Of a DNA stretch of 64,000 bases, positions 29,870 through 46,153 are shown piece by piece. This DNA comes from the human T2T-CHM13v2.0 reference genome, Homo sapiens, in the NCBI RefSeq assembly GCF_009914755.1, contig NC_060934.1; one strand, given 5' to 3'. The notes under the pieces are model-generated. The model did no database searches. It was not told where the DNA came from and was given only the letters and a program-made list of their open reading frames with translations. Every line of letters starts with the position of its first letter. Position 1 is the first letter of the stretch. A program made the translations under genes and the position numbers.

Positions 29870-30659
29870 TTACTAATGATAACAATAGCTAGTAATGAAG
29901 ACGATTATGATCATAAGCTCATGGTTATTAAAGTATTTTTAAAGCTAGGTATTTTATCCTTTATTGTTTACCTTCTGCATTCTATTTGACTTCAATAGTG
30001 AAAACACACCGATCTCTTTTACTTTCTGTTTATAACAATTTTCATGGCAGTTTCATTTTTCATACTTTCATGGTATATAACACAGTATACCATGATATAG
30101 TTTACAGAGGGAATCCTTAACTTTGAAGAACAAACACTTTGAAAACTAAACAATTTATAAAAAGATTTCTCTATTTCCATACACTTTCTGAATCTGGTCA
30201 AGAAAATAAAACAACATTTCAACTGCATCTGTGCAATGATAGCTTTGATTCATATCAGAAGACGGAAAATCAACACTGTAGCCACATAGATACATACCAG
30301 AGAAAGCACACTTTTAACAGAAATAACAAAAAACACTAGAATTGTGCTCTTATCCAAGCGGTTCCCAAATGGAAAAAAAAAAATCTGAAAGTTAAATTGT
30401 AAGACAGCTTTTGAAGCCCAAAACATTTTTCCTATAGAAACAACATTACTATGAGTCATGTCATTACTAGGCCAGTCCATAAAAGCCTTGTAAAACCATA
30501 TGCATAAGACTGTTGTTTGAACTATACCAAAGTAGAATAACAGTTTTTCCTTGGGAAAATACATCATTTTCTCCCTCTTCTCTCTACTAAGTCCCAGAGG
30601 AGTGGGCCTCACCAGGGGCTCTGTTCACCTCTCGGAGCTCAGCAGTCATCTCCCTCACT

Positions 30660-32490
30660 CTGACACTCCATGGTGAGCCACACTGAACTTCTCCAACCTG
30701 CAGGGCCTCTCCACTCCAAGTCATTACTGTTATGACCTTCCCTTCTTCTTCTTGTAGGTCACCACCACTCAGCCTTCTGGTCTCAGCTTAATGCTACTTC
30801 CTCAGGAAGGCCATCCCTTGTCTCCACACTGAGTCATGTGTTCCTGATGTGTGTGCTCTCACATGACACTATACTTTCCTAACACAGCATTTGTCAATCT
30901 CCCCCATAAGCTCCACTGTTTCAGGGATTCATTTCATTTGCTATTAATGTTAAGGTCAGAAGACTGCCTGGCATTTTGACGATTCTTTACACATATTTAT
31001 TTATATGAATGATTTCTCATAAGATACTTTAATCGTTTTTAACTTGATCTATGGTCATTACCAAGGAAAAGGGGGGGTTTCCAAAGAAGACTTCTCCTCC
31101 CCTCAATTTACACCTAGAGATTGTTCATAGGGAGGAAGCTACCTATCCAATTTCTTTCCCATTGCTGGTTTATAGTCACTTAAATGGACATTAAAATTTT
31201 AGCAAATAGGTATATTTTCTTTATTTGTCTTTTTAGAAGATGAGGCCTTTGAATGATGAAGGAATAGGTATATTTTCTAATATTAACTTTATCTCTTTTT
31301 TGTAGGTAATGTCACTCATTCTCATGACTTTTATGTCGGCAACGAAATGCTTATTCCCAAATTTGTGTCTCTATGCTTGATTTTTCTCTCAAGCTTAGAA
31401 TCCAAACTTTCAGCTGTCTACAATTTTTATACCTGAATGTCCCACAAAAACTTCACCCCATCCCCCTGCCCAAGCTTTCTTTTCTCTGGTATTCCCCATT
31501 TCAGGTATTTCAGATAATGACATCACCATCTAGCCAGCGGAGTCTCACACCCACGTTATCTCGTCCTTGTTAATTATTCACTGGACCATGGCCTAACAGT
31601 GTTGGCATCACTTGGGAGCAGAATCTGAGGCCCCACTGCCAGACCTATTGAATCAAAATCTACCTTTTAACAAAATCCCTAGACAATTCACATGCACATT
31701 AAAATCTGAGAAACACTGATGTATAATTCCTTTTTCTCTCTACCCCCACAAAACTCTGATACCAAGTCTACATAGGCAAATATATTCCCTCCCATCCATT
31801 TCTGTTATCATGGCCCTGATTAAGCCATCACTTCCTGTGGTGATGTGGAACACTGCAATGGCTTCTTAGCTGACCTCATTCCTGTAGCCCACTGTTCACC
31901 CAGACTTTTAGAAGGGACACTCTGATGTACAGCTATGAGAGGGCATATGGTTGGCTGGCCAGAACTGTGCATAATGTAAAGCCTGTCCTATCTATGTTAC
32001 AATTTAAAATCTGGGGATGCTCACAAAATTGTCACATAGAAAAGCATGCAAAAAAAAAAAAAACTTTTCTTGTGTTTCCTTGTTATAATCACTGATCTCA
32101 ATTTTCTTTCCAAATACAAACCTAATCATGTCATATCCCTCTCCAAAATCTTTTAGTGGCTTCTGAAGACATCATGTATTTCTACACTTCTACCTTTCTG
32201 TTCATGCTTTTCCCCTTTTCTCCTATCCATCTTGCAAAAATCTTGCCCATCTTCTAAAGTCCTGTTCGAGAGTTATCTTACCAGAGAACAGTCATCTCAT
32301 CTCACCAGCCCTCTTAAGAAATAACTGCTTCTCCATTCACTCTACAACCCATTGCACTCATTACAACACGATTACAACACTCATCTTGCTGTATGAAAGG
32401 CCCATGGATGTCTGTCTTTCCTGTCAGACAAGGACTTCCTTAAAGGAATTCTGTATTTCAGTCATTGGCAGATGGTAGATACTCAAAAAA
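30660..32490 (+). mobile_element. L2 fragments with a MER5A at ~31580-31720
   Basis: ctcaggaaggccatccct, acctgaatgtccca, ctaatcatgtca L2 motifs; cagacctattgaatcaaaatc...tgcacattaaaatctgagaaacactg. Confidence 0.65.
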
Positions 32491-35319
32491 TGTTTTAAAA
32501 AAACAACTACCATTTATATTTGACATTATTAAAAGCTGTAGAACTCATCGCTGATAATGTGAATGTATTTACAAACTATAAAATACTAAGTACCATATCT
32601 TTCAAGTTATATGCACCCAGGCACAGTAAAAGCTCAAAAAATGCTTGGGGACCTAATTCAGTCACATAAATGCAGCTATCCTTAAAAGCCCACATTCTGG
32701 GGAGGCCCACCCTATTTCCTGAGAGTTCAATCAGATAATTGGACAGGACACACAGAGGTTAATTCTGATGAGAAGAGAGGGAGGTCAAGTGTGCCAACTG
32801 ATTTTAAAAATTATATATTGTATCATAAAGATTGTAATAAAGAAATAAAAGTTTGTTACCTATAACTTTAAAATATTTAAAAATTCATTTTCTGCATATT
32901 ACCTTTCTAATGCAGTTGAAATTACACTAAACATATCATTCTGTATTTGGTTACAAAATTTTGCCATAAGTTACACTTATAATTGCACTTTAGTGATCAT
33001 GTTATTCCATCACCCTAACATATTGTAGTTCATTAAAACATTCACCAAAATCCAATAATTTAGTTCAATAGTTATTGAATAATTACTTGTATACCAGACC
33101 CTGATGCAGGGCCTGACCAGTCCCAACCTCAAGAACTCCCCAGCCAAGTGGTAGGGACTGATTCATACACCCATGGCTGCAATACAGTGCCGAATGCAAA
33201 TCAGAGTGCTCATTGGCAGGGCTGAGTAAGAAGGGATGCCCCCAGGATCTGAATGCTGCTCTCAAGAGATGGAAAGTCAACAGAAAGAAGAGGGGAAGGA
33301 CTCATAAAGATGAGACGTAAGAATTTAAAATGGCACAGCATGTTCAGGGAAAGGCAGTGGCTGGGAGTAGCACAAGAAACACATAAGACTGAATGGGTCC
33401 ATTTCCTTAAAGCCTCTCCAGAATTGTCAGTTATTTTAATTTTCAGTATTTTCGAAAGAATAGAAGAGATAACTCAAGGTTAACTTAAAAGGCATTTCTT
33501 TGATTACCAGTGACGGTAAACATAATCCCACCTTTTTATTAATCATTAACTGCTAAAATACTTTGTTTACTTATGTATTAAAACTTCTTCATTAAGTTCG
33601 AGAGAACTTCCTCTTCAGATATTATAGATATTCACCCTTAGTCACATTTGATACAAGCATTTCCTCCAGTGTGTTGTGTGATTTTTTTCATTGTAAATAA
33701 ACCTTACATTTTATATGTTCAAAACTATTAGATCTTTTCCTTGGTGAGTTTTCCCTCTAATACTGAGTCATCAATCCTTCACAAATCTGAATATTGTTCT
33801 ATTTTCTACTACTTTTCAAAAATACGATTAAAAAATATTTAGCTCTTGATACTAGCTAGACCTGATTTAAAAAACATGATGTGCATAAACATTCACATAC
33901 AGGCCATTATCCTCCCTCTTCCAATCCTACTCCCACTCCCTTTGCTAAGATGGCTAGGGAATGCCCTTTCATCCAAACTCTTAATTCATTTTAATTCAGG
34001 TTCCCTTATATAACAATACGGAGAAGAGAGCAGCTAGAGCATGTGTCCTTTGCAGTGTCTTTAGAGATGGCCCTGAAATGGCTATGACCCCTACAAAAGA
34101 ATTACAAAGTAGTATATTAAGGTACATAACATGGACAGAAAACATTTATGGGATGTATCAGCAATAAACATAGATGCTAATTTAAAGTACTAGTAGATAC
34201 CTTCTAAGTCCCCAAACAAGTAATGCAGGTTTTCTTTAAGGGCCTGGAATGTATAGCCTTTTGACTAACTTCCTATTACAGAAGGCAGTTTTCAAATTAG
34301 CAAAGGGGGCTCAGTCCAGTGGTATACAGGTGAACACGTCTGACTCCCATGGGGAGTCTGGAAATGTGGGGAGGCATTTTTTAGATGTCACAATGAGAGA
34401 GCACACTATTGCAAGTCTTGAGATGTGTAGGGCAATCTTGTACAACAAAAACCTGTCCCATCCCAAATGCCGATAGCCACCTCACTTCAGCTAAGGGCCT
34501 TCCAGCCCAAGATGATGTGCTTCCTATATTTAATGAAGGAAACACTCCTGACTTCCAATTGTTCTATCTACCCTGCCACCCAGTACATGTTTTACCGTGG
34601 GAGGACCAGCCCTAAGTAAGATTGTGAGGTAGAACAGGTAGTATTGGATGTCTTGCTTACTCTTCCCGTTGGGTCCCTTGTTTTAAAACCCTGTTCTGGC
34701 CTGAATCCCTTCAAGTAACATCCCAGGAAGTTCTGGCTTGGAGGAACCCAGGAACTTGGCTACTGTCTTCTCATTCTGACCCACCAAAACCTGTTCCCTG
34801 CAAGTTCTTAGAAAACATCTGAAAAACAAAGCATACTCTGATACTAACCTCATGAAGGTACAAGTGCATTCTTCTCAGGGCTATTTGTGTTTAAGCACTA
34901 AACTAAAGATGCCACTCCTTATCATATGCCCTACTACCATCCTTATACAAGCTACTACCATTTTTCACTGTGATTACCACAGTAGCCTCTTAACTGGTCT
35001 TCCTGCTTTCAGTCTTCCAAGTCATAGTCTATGCTCAAGAAAGAGCTGATCTACGTGAGATCATGTCATTTCTTGGCCCAAAACTCTCTGGTGGCTCCCT
35101 AGTTTACTCCAAATAAAAGCCTCCAATGGCTTTTATTGGTACCTCCAATGCAAGATCATAAATAATCTAAAATCTGAAAATCTGGGGGGAGAGCATATAT
35201 GGAAGAAAAAACAAGAGTCCATTTTGGTCACATTAAATTTGCAATGCCTAGGAGACATTCAAGTGGAGATGTCAGAAAGGTGTTATCCCCAGATCCTCAG
35301 AAGAGAACTTCAGGCTACA

Positions 35320-35545
35320 TAAGTACTTCTCAATGGGGGGTGATTTTATGCACCCAGGAGACATCTGGCAATATCTGGAGACATTTTGATTGTCACAATA
35401 AGGGTAGAGGGAACTCTATTGGCAGTTAGAGCATAGAGGCCAGAGATGCTGCTAAGCATCCTACAATCCACAAGACATCCCCTGACACTGAAAAAATTTT
35501 CCAGCCCAAAATGTCAATAGTGCTGAAGATGACAAACTCTGGGCT
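35320..35545. mobile_element. MER20 (hAT-Charlie)
   Basis: ggcaatatctggagacattttgattgtcacaa...gaggccagagatgctgctaagcatcctacaat. Confidence 0.85.
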
Positions 35546-36227
35546 AGAGATAATAAGACTTACACAAAAAGATTATATTTAACCAAAAGTACAAGATGAA
35601 AAACAAGAGAACTAAACCTTTCCTCTTTTAGATGTCAGGTAACACAGAAGACAGAAAATGGTCAACTAGAATGGGAGAAGGAAAACCAGGGAAGGGTTTG
35701 TCTCAAAGGCCAAGAGACAAGTGTTTCCAAAAGGAAGCAATGGTCAATTGTGGTCAACTGCATGGAAAACTGCTAAGACATCAAATAACACTGATAGGGG
35801 GTTAAAAGGTTTGAGAAGAATGAAGGCAGTATGCTGTGAGGAGTGAGGGAGTGAGATAATAGACACGTCGGAAGACTGCTGGACAATTTTAAGGCTGCTG
35901 AGCGTATCATTAAAGTGAAAAAACTGGCAGGTAGTTGAGCTCATCCAGTTCTGAGATTGGAGAGACCAAAGAGGTACAAAGGAATTGAAAGAATTTGCCG
36001 GAAAATAATTTGAATCAAAGCATCTAGGCTGGATAAGGAAGGAACTGGTAACAGAAAGGAAGTGATAAGTAGAAATGTGGGGGAGGGGGCTGGAAGTCAT
36101 GATGAGTCATAAATACTTTTCCCACATCAATAAATAAACTTCCTATATGCTTTTAACTGTTTCATAATAACATAGCCTATTTCTTGATATTATTAAGCAA
36201 ATGTGATTATTACTTTAATAAGTTACC

Positions 36228-37025
36228 AGAGATAACAAGTGTTGGTGATGGTGTGAAAAAGAGAAACCTCATACACTGTTGGTGGGAATGCAGATCAGTG
36301 CGGCCACTGTGAAAAACCATACAGAGGTTCCTAAGGAAATTAAAAATACAACTACCATATGACTCAGCAATTCCTCCAGTGGGTAGATATCCAAAGGAAA
36401 TGAAATCACCATCTCATAAAGATACTTGCACTCCCATGTTCACTGTAGCATGAGCCAAGATTTAGAAACAATAATAGCCAAGATATTGAAACAACCAAAG
36501 TGTCTGTCAACAGATGAATGAACTGTGAGTTATGTGTGTGTACATATGTGTGTGTGTATATATATATGTACATGCACGTACGTAAATGGAATATTATTCA
36601 GCTTTAAAAAGGAGATCCTGCCATTTGCTACCACATGGATGAATGTGGAAGACATTATGCAGAGTGAAATAGGCAAGACACAGAAAATGCATGATTTCAC
36701 TTATATGTGGAATCTTAAAAAAAGAAAAGAAAAAGAAAGTTGAATACTTAGAGAACAAAATGATGGTAAACAGGGGTGGACGGGGGAGAAAATGTGAAGA
36801 TGTAGGTCAAAGGATACAAAGCTGCAGATACGCAGGATAAAGGGGTCTCGATGTCTAATGTATGACATGAGGACTATGGTTAATACTGTACTGTATTTGA
36901 GATTTTTGCTAAAAGAGATTTTCCTGCCACTAAAAAGAGTAACTATGTGAGATGACTGATGTTAATTTGCTTGACTGTAGTATCCACTTCACTGTGTGTA
37001 TACATCAAAACATCATATACGTTAA
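36228..37025 (+). mobile_element. L1MA/MB 3' end
   Basis: ORF2 C-terminal remnant (KKEILPFATTWMNVEDIM) and 3'UTR. Confidence 0.88.
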
Positions 37026-37343
37026 ATATATACAATAAAAAAATAGGTATTTACTATTTGAACAATGCTCATCATCCTATTTACTTTTCCTAAGTAGGAT
37101 CAAATGGTATTTGTGGGAAAGATCATGTTATTGTGAAAGATATGCATATATGATAAATAACAGATCTGGGTTAAAATATCAGCTCTTTCATTTATTATGT
37201 TGTGACCTTGGACAACTTACTTAATCTCTCTGAGCCTAAATCTCTTCAGCTTATTAACAGATTGTGGTACACAGAATATTGCCTCCCTCAAAGGATGTCC
37301 ATCCCTTATTCCCTGGAATCTCTGTCTACCCTATATTACATGG

Positions 37344-38156
37344 TATGATATTGTGAAATATATATCTGGTCTACATCCTCATTTCCTGGCACACAACTGC
37401 TAAAATCCTTAGAATCTCCAAAGTGATGTCTTTTGTATGCTAATGAGTGACTGATGGCTGGCAGTCCCTGGGTAGCTTCAGGATGGAGGCTGGACACTAG
37501 AAAGACCAAAGCTTGATTAGAGGGTTGGGACGTTCAGTGACACCCTCCAAGCTCTAGGAAGGGGAAAGGGTCTGAAAGTTAAGTTGATCACCAACAGCCA
37601 ATGATTCAATCAATCATGCCTACCCAATGAAGCTTAAATAGAAACCCAAAAGGGCAGGGTTTGGAGAGCTTTCAAATAGCTGAACACATGGAGGTTCGCA
37701 AATGGTGGTACACCCAGGGAGGGCAAGGGAGTTCCTTGCCCCTTCCACATGCCTGGCCCTGTGCACCTCTCTATCTGCATCCTTTGTAATACCCTTTATA
37801 ATAAACCAGTAGATGTGTTTTCCTAAGTTCTGTGAGCCCTCTAGTAAATTAAATGAACCCAAAGAGGTGGTTGTGGGAACCCCAATTTATAGCAGGTTGG
37901 TCAGAAGCACAGGTAGAGCCTCCTGAGACTTGCTGTGAGACTGAGGCCTGAAGATATGGGATCTGACACTCTCTCCAGGTGGTGTCAGCATTGAATTGAA
38001 GGCAACCCGAGTGGTGTCTGCTGCAAAATGTCTTGGTGTGGTTGGCGGGGGGCGGGGGGGGGAACTCCCACACGTGTGATTACAAAAGTCTTCTGTGTTG
38101 ATTGCTGTTGGCTAATAGAAAAAAAAAAACCATTTTGAGTGTGTTTTTTCCACTCA
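37344..38156 (+). mobile_element. MER21 LTR
   Basis: tgatattgtgaaatatatatctgg...cttttgtatgctaatgag...gggaaccccaatttatagc. Confidence 0.82.
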
Positions 38157-38511
38157 TTTGGTAAGGCGGAATGAAGGTTGCACACAGAATTAAGGCTGGT
38201 AATCAGTGGGCCTTAAAATAAGGAGAGTATCTGCATTATCCAGATGGGCCCAAAGTAATCACAAGGGTTCTTAAAGGGGAAAGCAGGGACAAAAGAATTA
38301 AAACCAGAAAAATGGCACTGTGAGAAAGATTTGCCCAGCCACTGCTGTCTCTGAAGATGCAAAGAGACTAAAAGTGAAGGAATGCAGGCAGCCTCCAGAA
38401 GCTGGAAAAGACAAGAAAATTGACCTCCCCTAAGCCTTCAGGGAGAAGGGAAGCCCTGCTAACAGGATGTCAGGTCCATTTTGGGCTCCTGACTTCCAGA
38501 ATGTAAGATAA

Positions 38512-38854
<343 letters not shown>

Positions 38855-39544
38855 AGATCTTTTGTTTTTTGTTTGTTTGTTTCATTTTATTTTACAGCAG
38901 CAATACAAAACTAATACACAGGTAAAATGAACTGTCTTCATAAGCTTTGTGTAGATTAACCAAGATAACATATATAAAGTACCTAACAGAGAGTGCCTAG
39001 TATATAGGAAGCATTTAAATAGCTATTAAGAGTGTTAGTTCTATTAATAGTAGAACACACTTAATAGCACTGAAACCAAATAGTCAGCAGAAAGAACACT
39101 GACTCAGTTCTAGAATTTACTCAATGCCATGACATAAGACATCTTACTTTGTCTCTGTAGGACTCAGCTCTCTCATAAAGCAAAATGAGGGGGGACTAGA
39201 TGACTTCTGAAGTTTCTGCCAGCTCTAAAACTTTACGATTCTAAAATCTAATTTCTTAATGACACATTCACTTATTGCTAATTAACTGATTCAGAAAATC
39301 CTATTAAATATAAACAGTAGACAAAGCAGTTTTCATTTTATGTTTCAACATTTTCAATATTTTATATTGCTGAGTTACAGCCTTATAAAGTTGAGTCATG
39401 GCATAAAAATCACAAGCCTGCAAGCAAGGAAAAATATCTAAGTCATCCTGCTTTTATTTAATGGCCTTACAGTCAAATTGAAATAATAATAATAATATCT
39501 TTTCAAACAGCTCAAAGTATATTCCCACATATTACCTCACTTCT

Positions 39545-40470
39545 TCTTTTTTAACAGCTTCATTGAGGTATAATTCACATACCATGCAATTTACCCTTTT
39601 GAAATATACAATTCCATGGTTTTAGTATATTCAGAGTTGTGCCACAATCACCGCAACTTTAGAACATTTTTATCATCCCAAAATGAAACTCCCTATCCAT
39701 TAGTAGTCATTCCCCATCTCCCTCCTCTAACCCTCTCAGCTCACAAATCTACTTTCTGTCCCTATGGATTGGCCTACCTTGCACATTTCACATAAATGGA
39801 ATCATACAACATATAGCCTTTTATGTCTGATCCTTTCACTTAGCATGTTTTGTTATGTTATAGCATGTGTCAGTACTTTATTCCTTTATGCTTTTAATGC
39901 TGAATAATATTCCATTGTATGGATGTACCACATTTTGTTTATATATTCATCAGCTGATAGATATCTAGGTTGTTTCCGCTGTTTAGCTATTAGGAATAAT
40001 GTTACTAGCATTTATGTATAAGTTTTTGTATGTAGGTATGTTTTCATTTCTCTTGCACAGATACCTAGGAGTGAAACTGCTAGGTAACATAGGGTAACAC
40101 CTTTTGAAGAACTGCCAAGCTATTTCTAAAGTGGCTGCCCATTTTAAATTCCTACCAGCAATGTATGGAGCGTCCAATTACTCCACATCCTCACTAACAC
40201 TTGTTATCTGCTTTTGATTACAGCTAACTAGTGGGCATGAAGTAGTATCTTATGTGGTTTTGATTTGCTTCTCTCTATGAGTGACAACGTTGAGCATCTT
40301 TTCGTGTGCTTATCAGCCATTCATAAATCTTCCTTAGAGAAATGTCTATTTAGATCCGTTGCCCATTTTAATGGGGTATTTTTGTCTTTTTAATATTGAG
40401 CTGCAAGAGTTCTTTATAAATGTGGATATAAGTCCGTTATCAGATATATAATTTGCAAGTATTTTCTCTT
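39545..40470 (-). mobile_element. L1MB 3' end
   Basis: cagcttcattgaggtataattcacatacc...tccattgtatggatgtaccacattttg. Confidence 0.88.
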
Positions 40471-41024
40471 ACCCTGTATACCTCATCTAACCTTAGTGCA
40501 GCTACTTGCACTAGATAGATTGTGTGTTGCTATCCCCATTTTGCAGACAGAATTGGCATGTGATTAAACAGACCTGATAACTGGCACTCTTTTAAAGAAA
40601 ACGTACAGCTGTGCCTCTGCTTCCATTAATTTAAAAGAGCCATATACTGATAGCAATATTGTGACAACACGTCCAGGAAGGCTGCCTTGTTCAACTCAAT
40701 AGATACAGGGAAGCTATCCTCTATCTATTATACAACCTAACAATATTTTCCACAGTTATACCAAGGATAGTTCATTCCTTCACTCAAAAAATACTAAGTA
40801 TTATATGTGAGGTGCTGCACTACTCCTAGCTCACGTGCATCCATGAACATGATCCAATCCTTGCCCTCATTAGTCTTATAATTTGGCAGTATCCTGCAAA
40901 ACCCTCAACCTTAAATTCCTTAGTTGCAAACAGTCCTGACAAAGAAATGTTTTATCTTAAAGATTCACTCTCAACTCAGAGGAAGCATTACAAAGCTTAA
41001 CACAAGATACCCTATTTTTTTTAA

Positions 41025-41420
<396 letters not shown>

Positions 41421-41878
41421 TTGTCAATCATTTTTATAATGCAGCAATGCTTACTTTAATGACATTTTTCAAAATTAAACATGGCTAAAAGAAAAAATAC
41501 TTATATGTTTACCTTTAACCAGAAAAGCCTGATGATTCAGAGACCAACCCATGGCCAGTTCCTATTCCATGCTGAATAAAAATGTTATAATAGCTCCACT
41601 GAACAAAACCAAAATACAGAATTACAAATCTGACAACTTAAATAGGTAGTTCTAACCTTTTCCATCAAAGTAGTCCTAATTCAGAGCTGAGGGACCAAAT
41701 AATCCTGGGAAGACTAAAGACATAACCCTAAGTGGCCCATGGAAACTTTAAATTTCTTGATCTTATTTTTTTCCTTAAAAATTGTACACAAATGTTACAT
41801 TCTAAACTATAGTACATCTATTTTCTTTTGGCATAAAAAATTGAACATGTTTAATTAGGGTCATTAAAAAAATTTGTT

Positions 41879-42166
41879 GGCTAGACACAATGGCTCATGC
41901 CTGTGTTTCTAACACTTTGGGAGACTGAGAAGGGAGGACAGCTTGAGGCCAGGAGTTTTAGATCAGCCTGGGCAACAAAGCAAGACCCTGCTCCAGAAAA
42001 AAAAAATTAAAAATTAGCTGGGCACGGTAGCACACATCTGTAGTTCTAGGTACTTTCTTGCATGACTGAGGCAGGAGGATCACTTGTGCCCAGGAGTTCA
42101 AGGCTGCAGTGAGCTATTATTACACCACTGCACTCCAGCCTGGATAACGAAGTGAGACCCTGTTTG

Positions 42167-42196
<30 letters not shown>
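41879..42196 (+). mobile_element. AluJ
   Basis: J-type dimer, ~30-nt poly-A, TSD-like tttgtt. Confidence 0.92.
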
Positions 42197-42198
<2 letters not shown>

Positions 42199-43386
42199 TT
42201 TTGTTGAGAAGGACAGACAGAACCTATGGTGTATAATTAGAACTATGTTAACTTTTACTATAAAAATGTAGTGGATTAAATAATAGCCAGTGAGGAAAAT
42301 TAACACTCAGGAAGATGCACCATGCATGCTTCATGGTTCTGAGTGCCCTCAGCACACCACTTTGTAACGGGAGGGTGCACGTACCACTGTCAGGCAAAAC
42401 AGGTGCCTGAGGATTAAGAAGGCACAGGCTGAGCAGAGAGAGCATGGCCTGGGGTGATCCCAGGGATGAGCTGCTGCAAAAGAGCAACAGTTCAACGTGG
42501 GGCTTTTCCACACTGTGAGCTGGCAGGCTAACGGTTCTCAGAAGGTGTCTCAAAGTTGTTTTGGAGGTCAGAGTACAACTGCAAGTGGGCAGAGCACTGC
42601 ACTCCTGACCCCCATTTCCCTCGGTTTCCCCTGGCTGACACACTGGGCTTCCATCAAAGTTTTCTGCAGACTGAAGTCTGAAGTCAGACTGAATAAAAGG
42701 TCTGAAAACCTAGATCTAGAGGAAGTCTTGGCCAGGAAGACAACAATGTGCATCAGATATGAAAGACAAGGTGAGGACAAAATGGGAGAATGAATAATGG
42801 AGCTGGTGAGGAAGAGAGTCAAAAACAGGAAAGGGTGCGGTATAAGCCAAGGGTCAGGGTCAGGCCTTCATCCACAGAAAAGAACGTCTATTGTGGAGTG
42901 GGTGTGTCTGCTTAAAGGAATAGCAACGAGATTCTCACTCAGAAGCACTCAACTGCTGAAATCTCAAATTCCCATATGTTATTTGTGAACCACCATCTCT
43001 TGTCCTTCTACCTCTCTGGATTACTTAATTGCCCATGGCCAATCAACTCTCCAAAAAGCAGCCAGTATGAGCCTTCAGAAAAGTAAAACAGATGTTATGT
43101 CTCTGACTCACACTTTCAACGGCTTTTCACGACCCTTGAATAGAATCCTAGGTCCTTATAGTGGCCCTAATGTATCATGGCCCTAATTTATTACCACTGT
43201 CCTCCTCCTCACTCACGCTCCCCAGTGCCATGGCTGTTCCTTATACAAGCCCCTGCCAGGGCTTTGCACAAACATGTGCTGTTTCCTTGCCCTGGAATGC
43301 TCTCAGACATCTGCATTGCTGTGCCCCTGATAACACTCATGTCTCTGCTCAGAGGTCACTTCTCAGAGTCTCTTCCCTGATCTCAT

Positions 43387-43696
43387 TTTCTTTTTTTTTT
43401 TTCTTTTTTTTTTTGAGATGGAGTCTCGCTCTGTCGCCCAGGCTGGAGTGCAGTGGCATGATCTTGGCTCCACTGCAAGCTCCACCTCCTGGGTTCACGC
43501 CATTCTCCTGCCTCAGCCTCCCAAGTAGCTGGGACTACAGGCACCCGCCACCACGCCCGGCTAATTTTTTGTATTTTTAGTAGAGATGGGGTTTCACAGT
43601 GTTAGCCAGGATGGTCTCGATCTCCTGACCTTGTGATCCGCCCACCTCGGCCTCCCAAAGTGCTGGGATTACAGGCATGAGCCACAGTGCCTGGCC
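43387..43696 (-). mobile_element. AluY inside an L2 (~42990-43915)
   Basis: gcaagctcc...ttcacgccattctcc; TSD TCTCATTTTCT. Confidence 0.95.
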
Positions 43697-44311
43697 AATC
43701 TCATTTTCTTTTTGACATTTTCTTACCATCTGAAATTATACATACAAGTATGTATATGTTTATACACATAATATATGTTAATCGTCTACCTCCCCATTGG
43801 AATTAAGCTCTACAAGGGCAGATTTTGTTTTGATCACTGTTTTGATCTAGGGGGCCATAGCACCTAGAACAGTGTCTAGAAGATAAATGCTCAACACACA
43901 TTTATTGAAGGAATGACTGCATACACCAACTCTGTTCTTAAATCTGTTAAGCTCTGGTCTTTCTCCACCTGACTCTCTCTTTCCCACTTCACTCTCTATC
44001 TTTCCTAATCCATTAACCATCCTCCAAGCTTCACTTCTTATCCATTGTAACCCAGAATCTGATCTCCCAGAAAGAGGGACCCTCTTCCCCAACAATGCCA
44101 GAAAGGAGGTAAGAATGTGTGTGTGGTTATTGGCCAGTGAGGGTGAAGTAAACTGAGGGAATCTGACCTAATAACCTCTCACTCCCTGGCCTAAATTCTC
44201 AACTGTCTTACTGGCTTGTCCTTCCACATACACTCCCTAAACCAATGTAAGAGTCTACTTCTTTAGTCCCATACCCAGACTAGAGATCACTGTTATAAAA
44301 ATCCCCAACTG

Positions 44312-44666
<355 letters not shown>

Positions 44667-45497
44667 TCACTGCTGCCATCAATCCTCTCTCAGGCTCTCT
44701 GATGTCCCACAGATTCAATTCCAAACGTCCACCACTTTCAAGCTCCCTACACCCCCTTCACTCAGAAAATGACATCACCTCCACAGAAACAAAAGAGGGG
44801 TTATTAGGTCAGACTCCCTCAGTTTCCTCCACCCTCACTGACCAACAAACACACGCACATTCTTCCCTCCTTCCTGGCACTGTGGAGGAAGGTGCCAGGA
44901 AGATGCAGGAAAGAAACTTCCCGCTCAAAGCTAATCTGCAACTTAAGGTATCCACCTCCTTATGGATCTGATGCCATCATTTATCCACTTCCCCCTCCAC
45001 ATTTTCTATCTCTCCTTCTCTTCTTTTACCCCGCTGCACATAAATGCTTACATTTCTCCCATCATTTGATTCATTTAAAAAAATGAACCAAACTAATATA
45101 CATCCCCAGACTTTATGTCTCTCTTGCCACTTCCTATTTGCCTCTTTTCCTTCACATCCAAGTCCGAAAAAGAGTTAAAACTGTTTTTACTGTCTCCCCT
45201 ACCCCACATCATTTCCTACTTAACCCTCTGCAATCTGGACTGCAAACACAAAACTGCTCTTCCCAAAGCACAGATGACTTCTTAAATGAAAATTCCCTCA
45301 AAGTGTTATCAATTTAATAATGATATCCTTGATCTTAAAATGCTTGTCTCTTGGCTTCAGTAACATTATTCTTTCTTGGTGTCCTTTCCACTTTTTTGGT
45401 CCCTTCTTTGCAGTCCAATTTGCTATACTGACTGTGTGATCTGAAAAAAAACAAAAAACCTCTAATCATGTCATGTCACAGTTAGGAGCATAGGCTT

Positions 45498-45869
45498 TGT
45501 CTTTGTCTGAGCTACCACAACAACAGAAATTTAACTGGGTGGCTTAAACAACAGAAATTTATTCTCTCACAGCTCTGTAGGCTGAGAAGTCCAAGATCAG
45601 GGTGCCAGCATGGTCGCTTTCTGATAAGGGCCACTTCTGGGCTTGCAGACAGCCACCTTACCACTGTGTCCTCATATGGCAGCGGAAGAGCAAGAGTAAG
45701 CTCTCTGGTGTCTCTTCTTATAAGCGCACTATTCACATCATGAGGGCCCCACCTTCAGGCCCTCATCTAAACCTAATTATCTATCAAAGGCCCCATCTCT
45801 AATTACTATAAACATGGAGGATTAGGGCTTCCACATGAGTTTGGTGGGGATCCAATTCAGTCCATAGCA
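45498..45869 (-). mobile_element. MLT1A-type solo LTR within a MIR
   Basis: ctgggtggcttaaacaacagaaatttattctctcacag...caattcagtccatagca. Confidence 0.85.
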
Positions 45870-46109
45870 TGCTCTGTGGCAAGTAAAGCCTAGCGAGAAT
45901 CTACACTTTACCATTAATCAGCTGCGTGATGACGGTGAAGGTACCCAACCTCCCAGTGCCTCACTTGCCTTATCTACAAAACATGAGCAACAGTACTTAC
46001 CACATAAATCTGTTGTAAGGATCAAATAAGATAAACGCTTAAAACAGTGCCTGCATACAGTAAACATGCAATAAATATGTCATTCTTACTGTTATAATTA
46101 TATATAAAT

Positions 46110-46118
46110 GTGTGTGTA

Positions 46119-46153
<35 letters not shown>

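Noticed and set aside
30250-30612. 120-aa minus-strand ORF in unique sequence
   Set aside because: Non-ATG start, no recognisable homology or splice support
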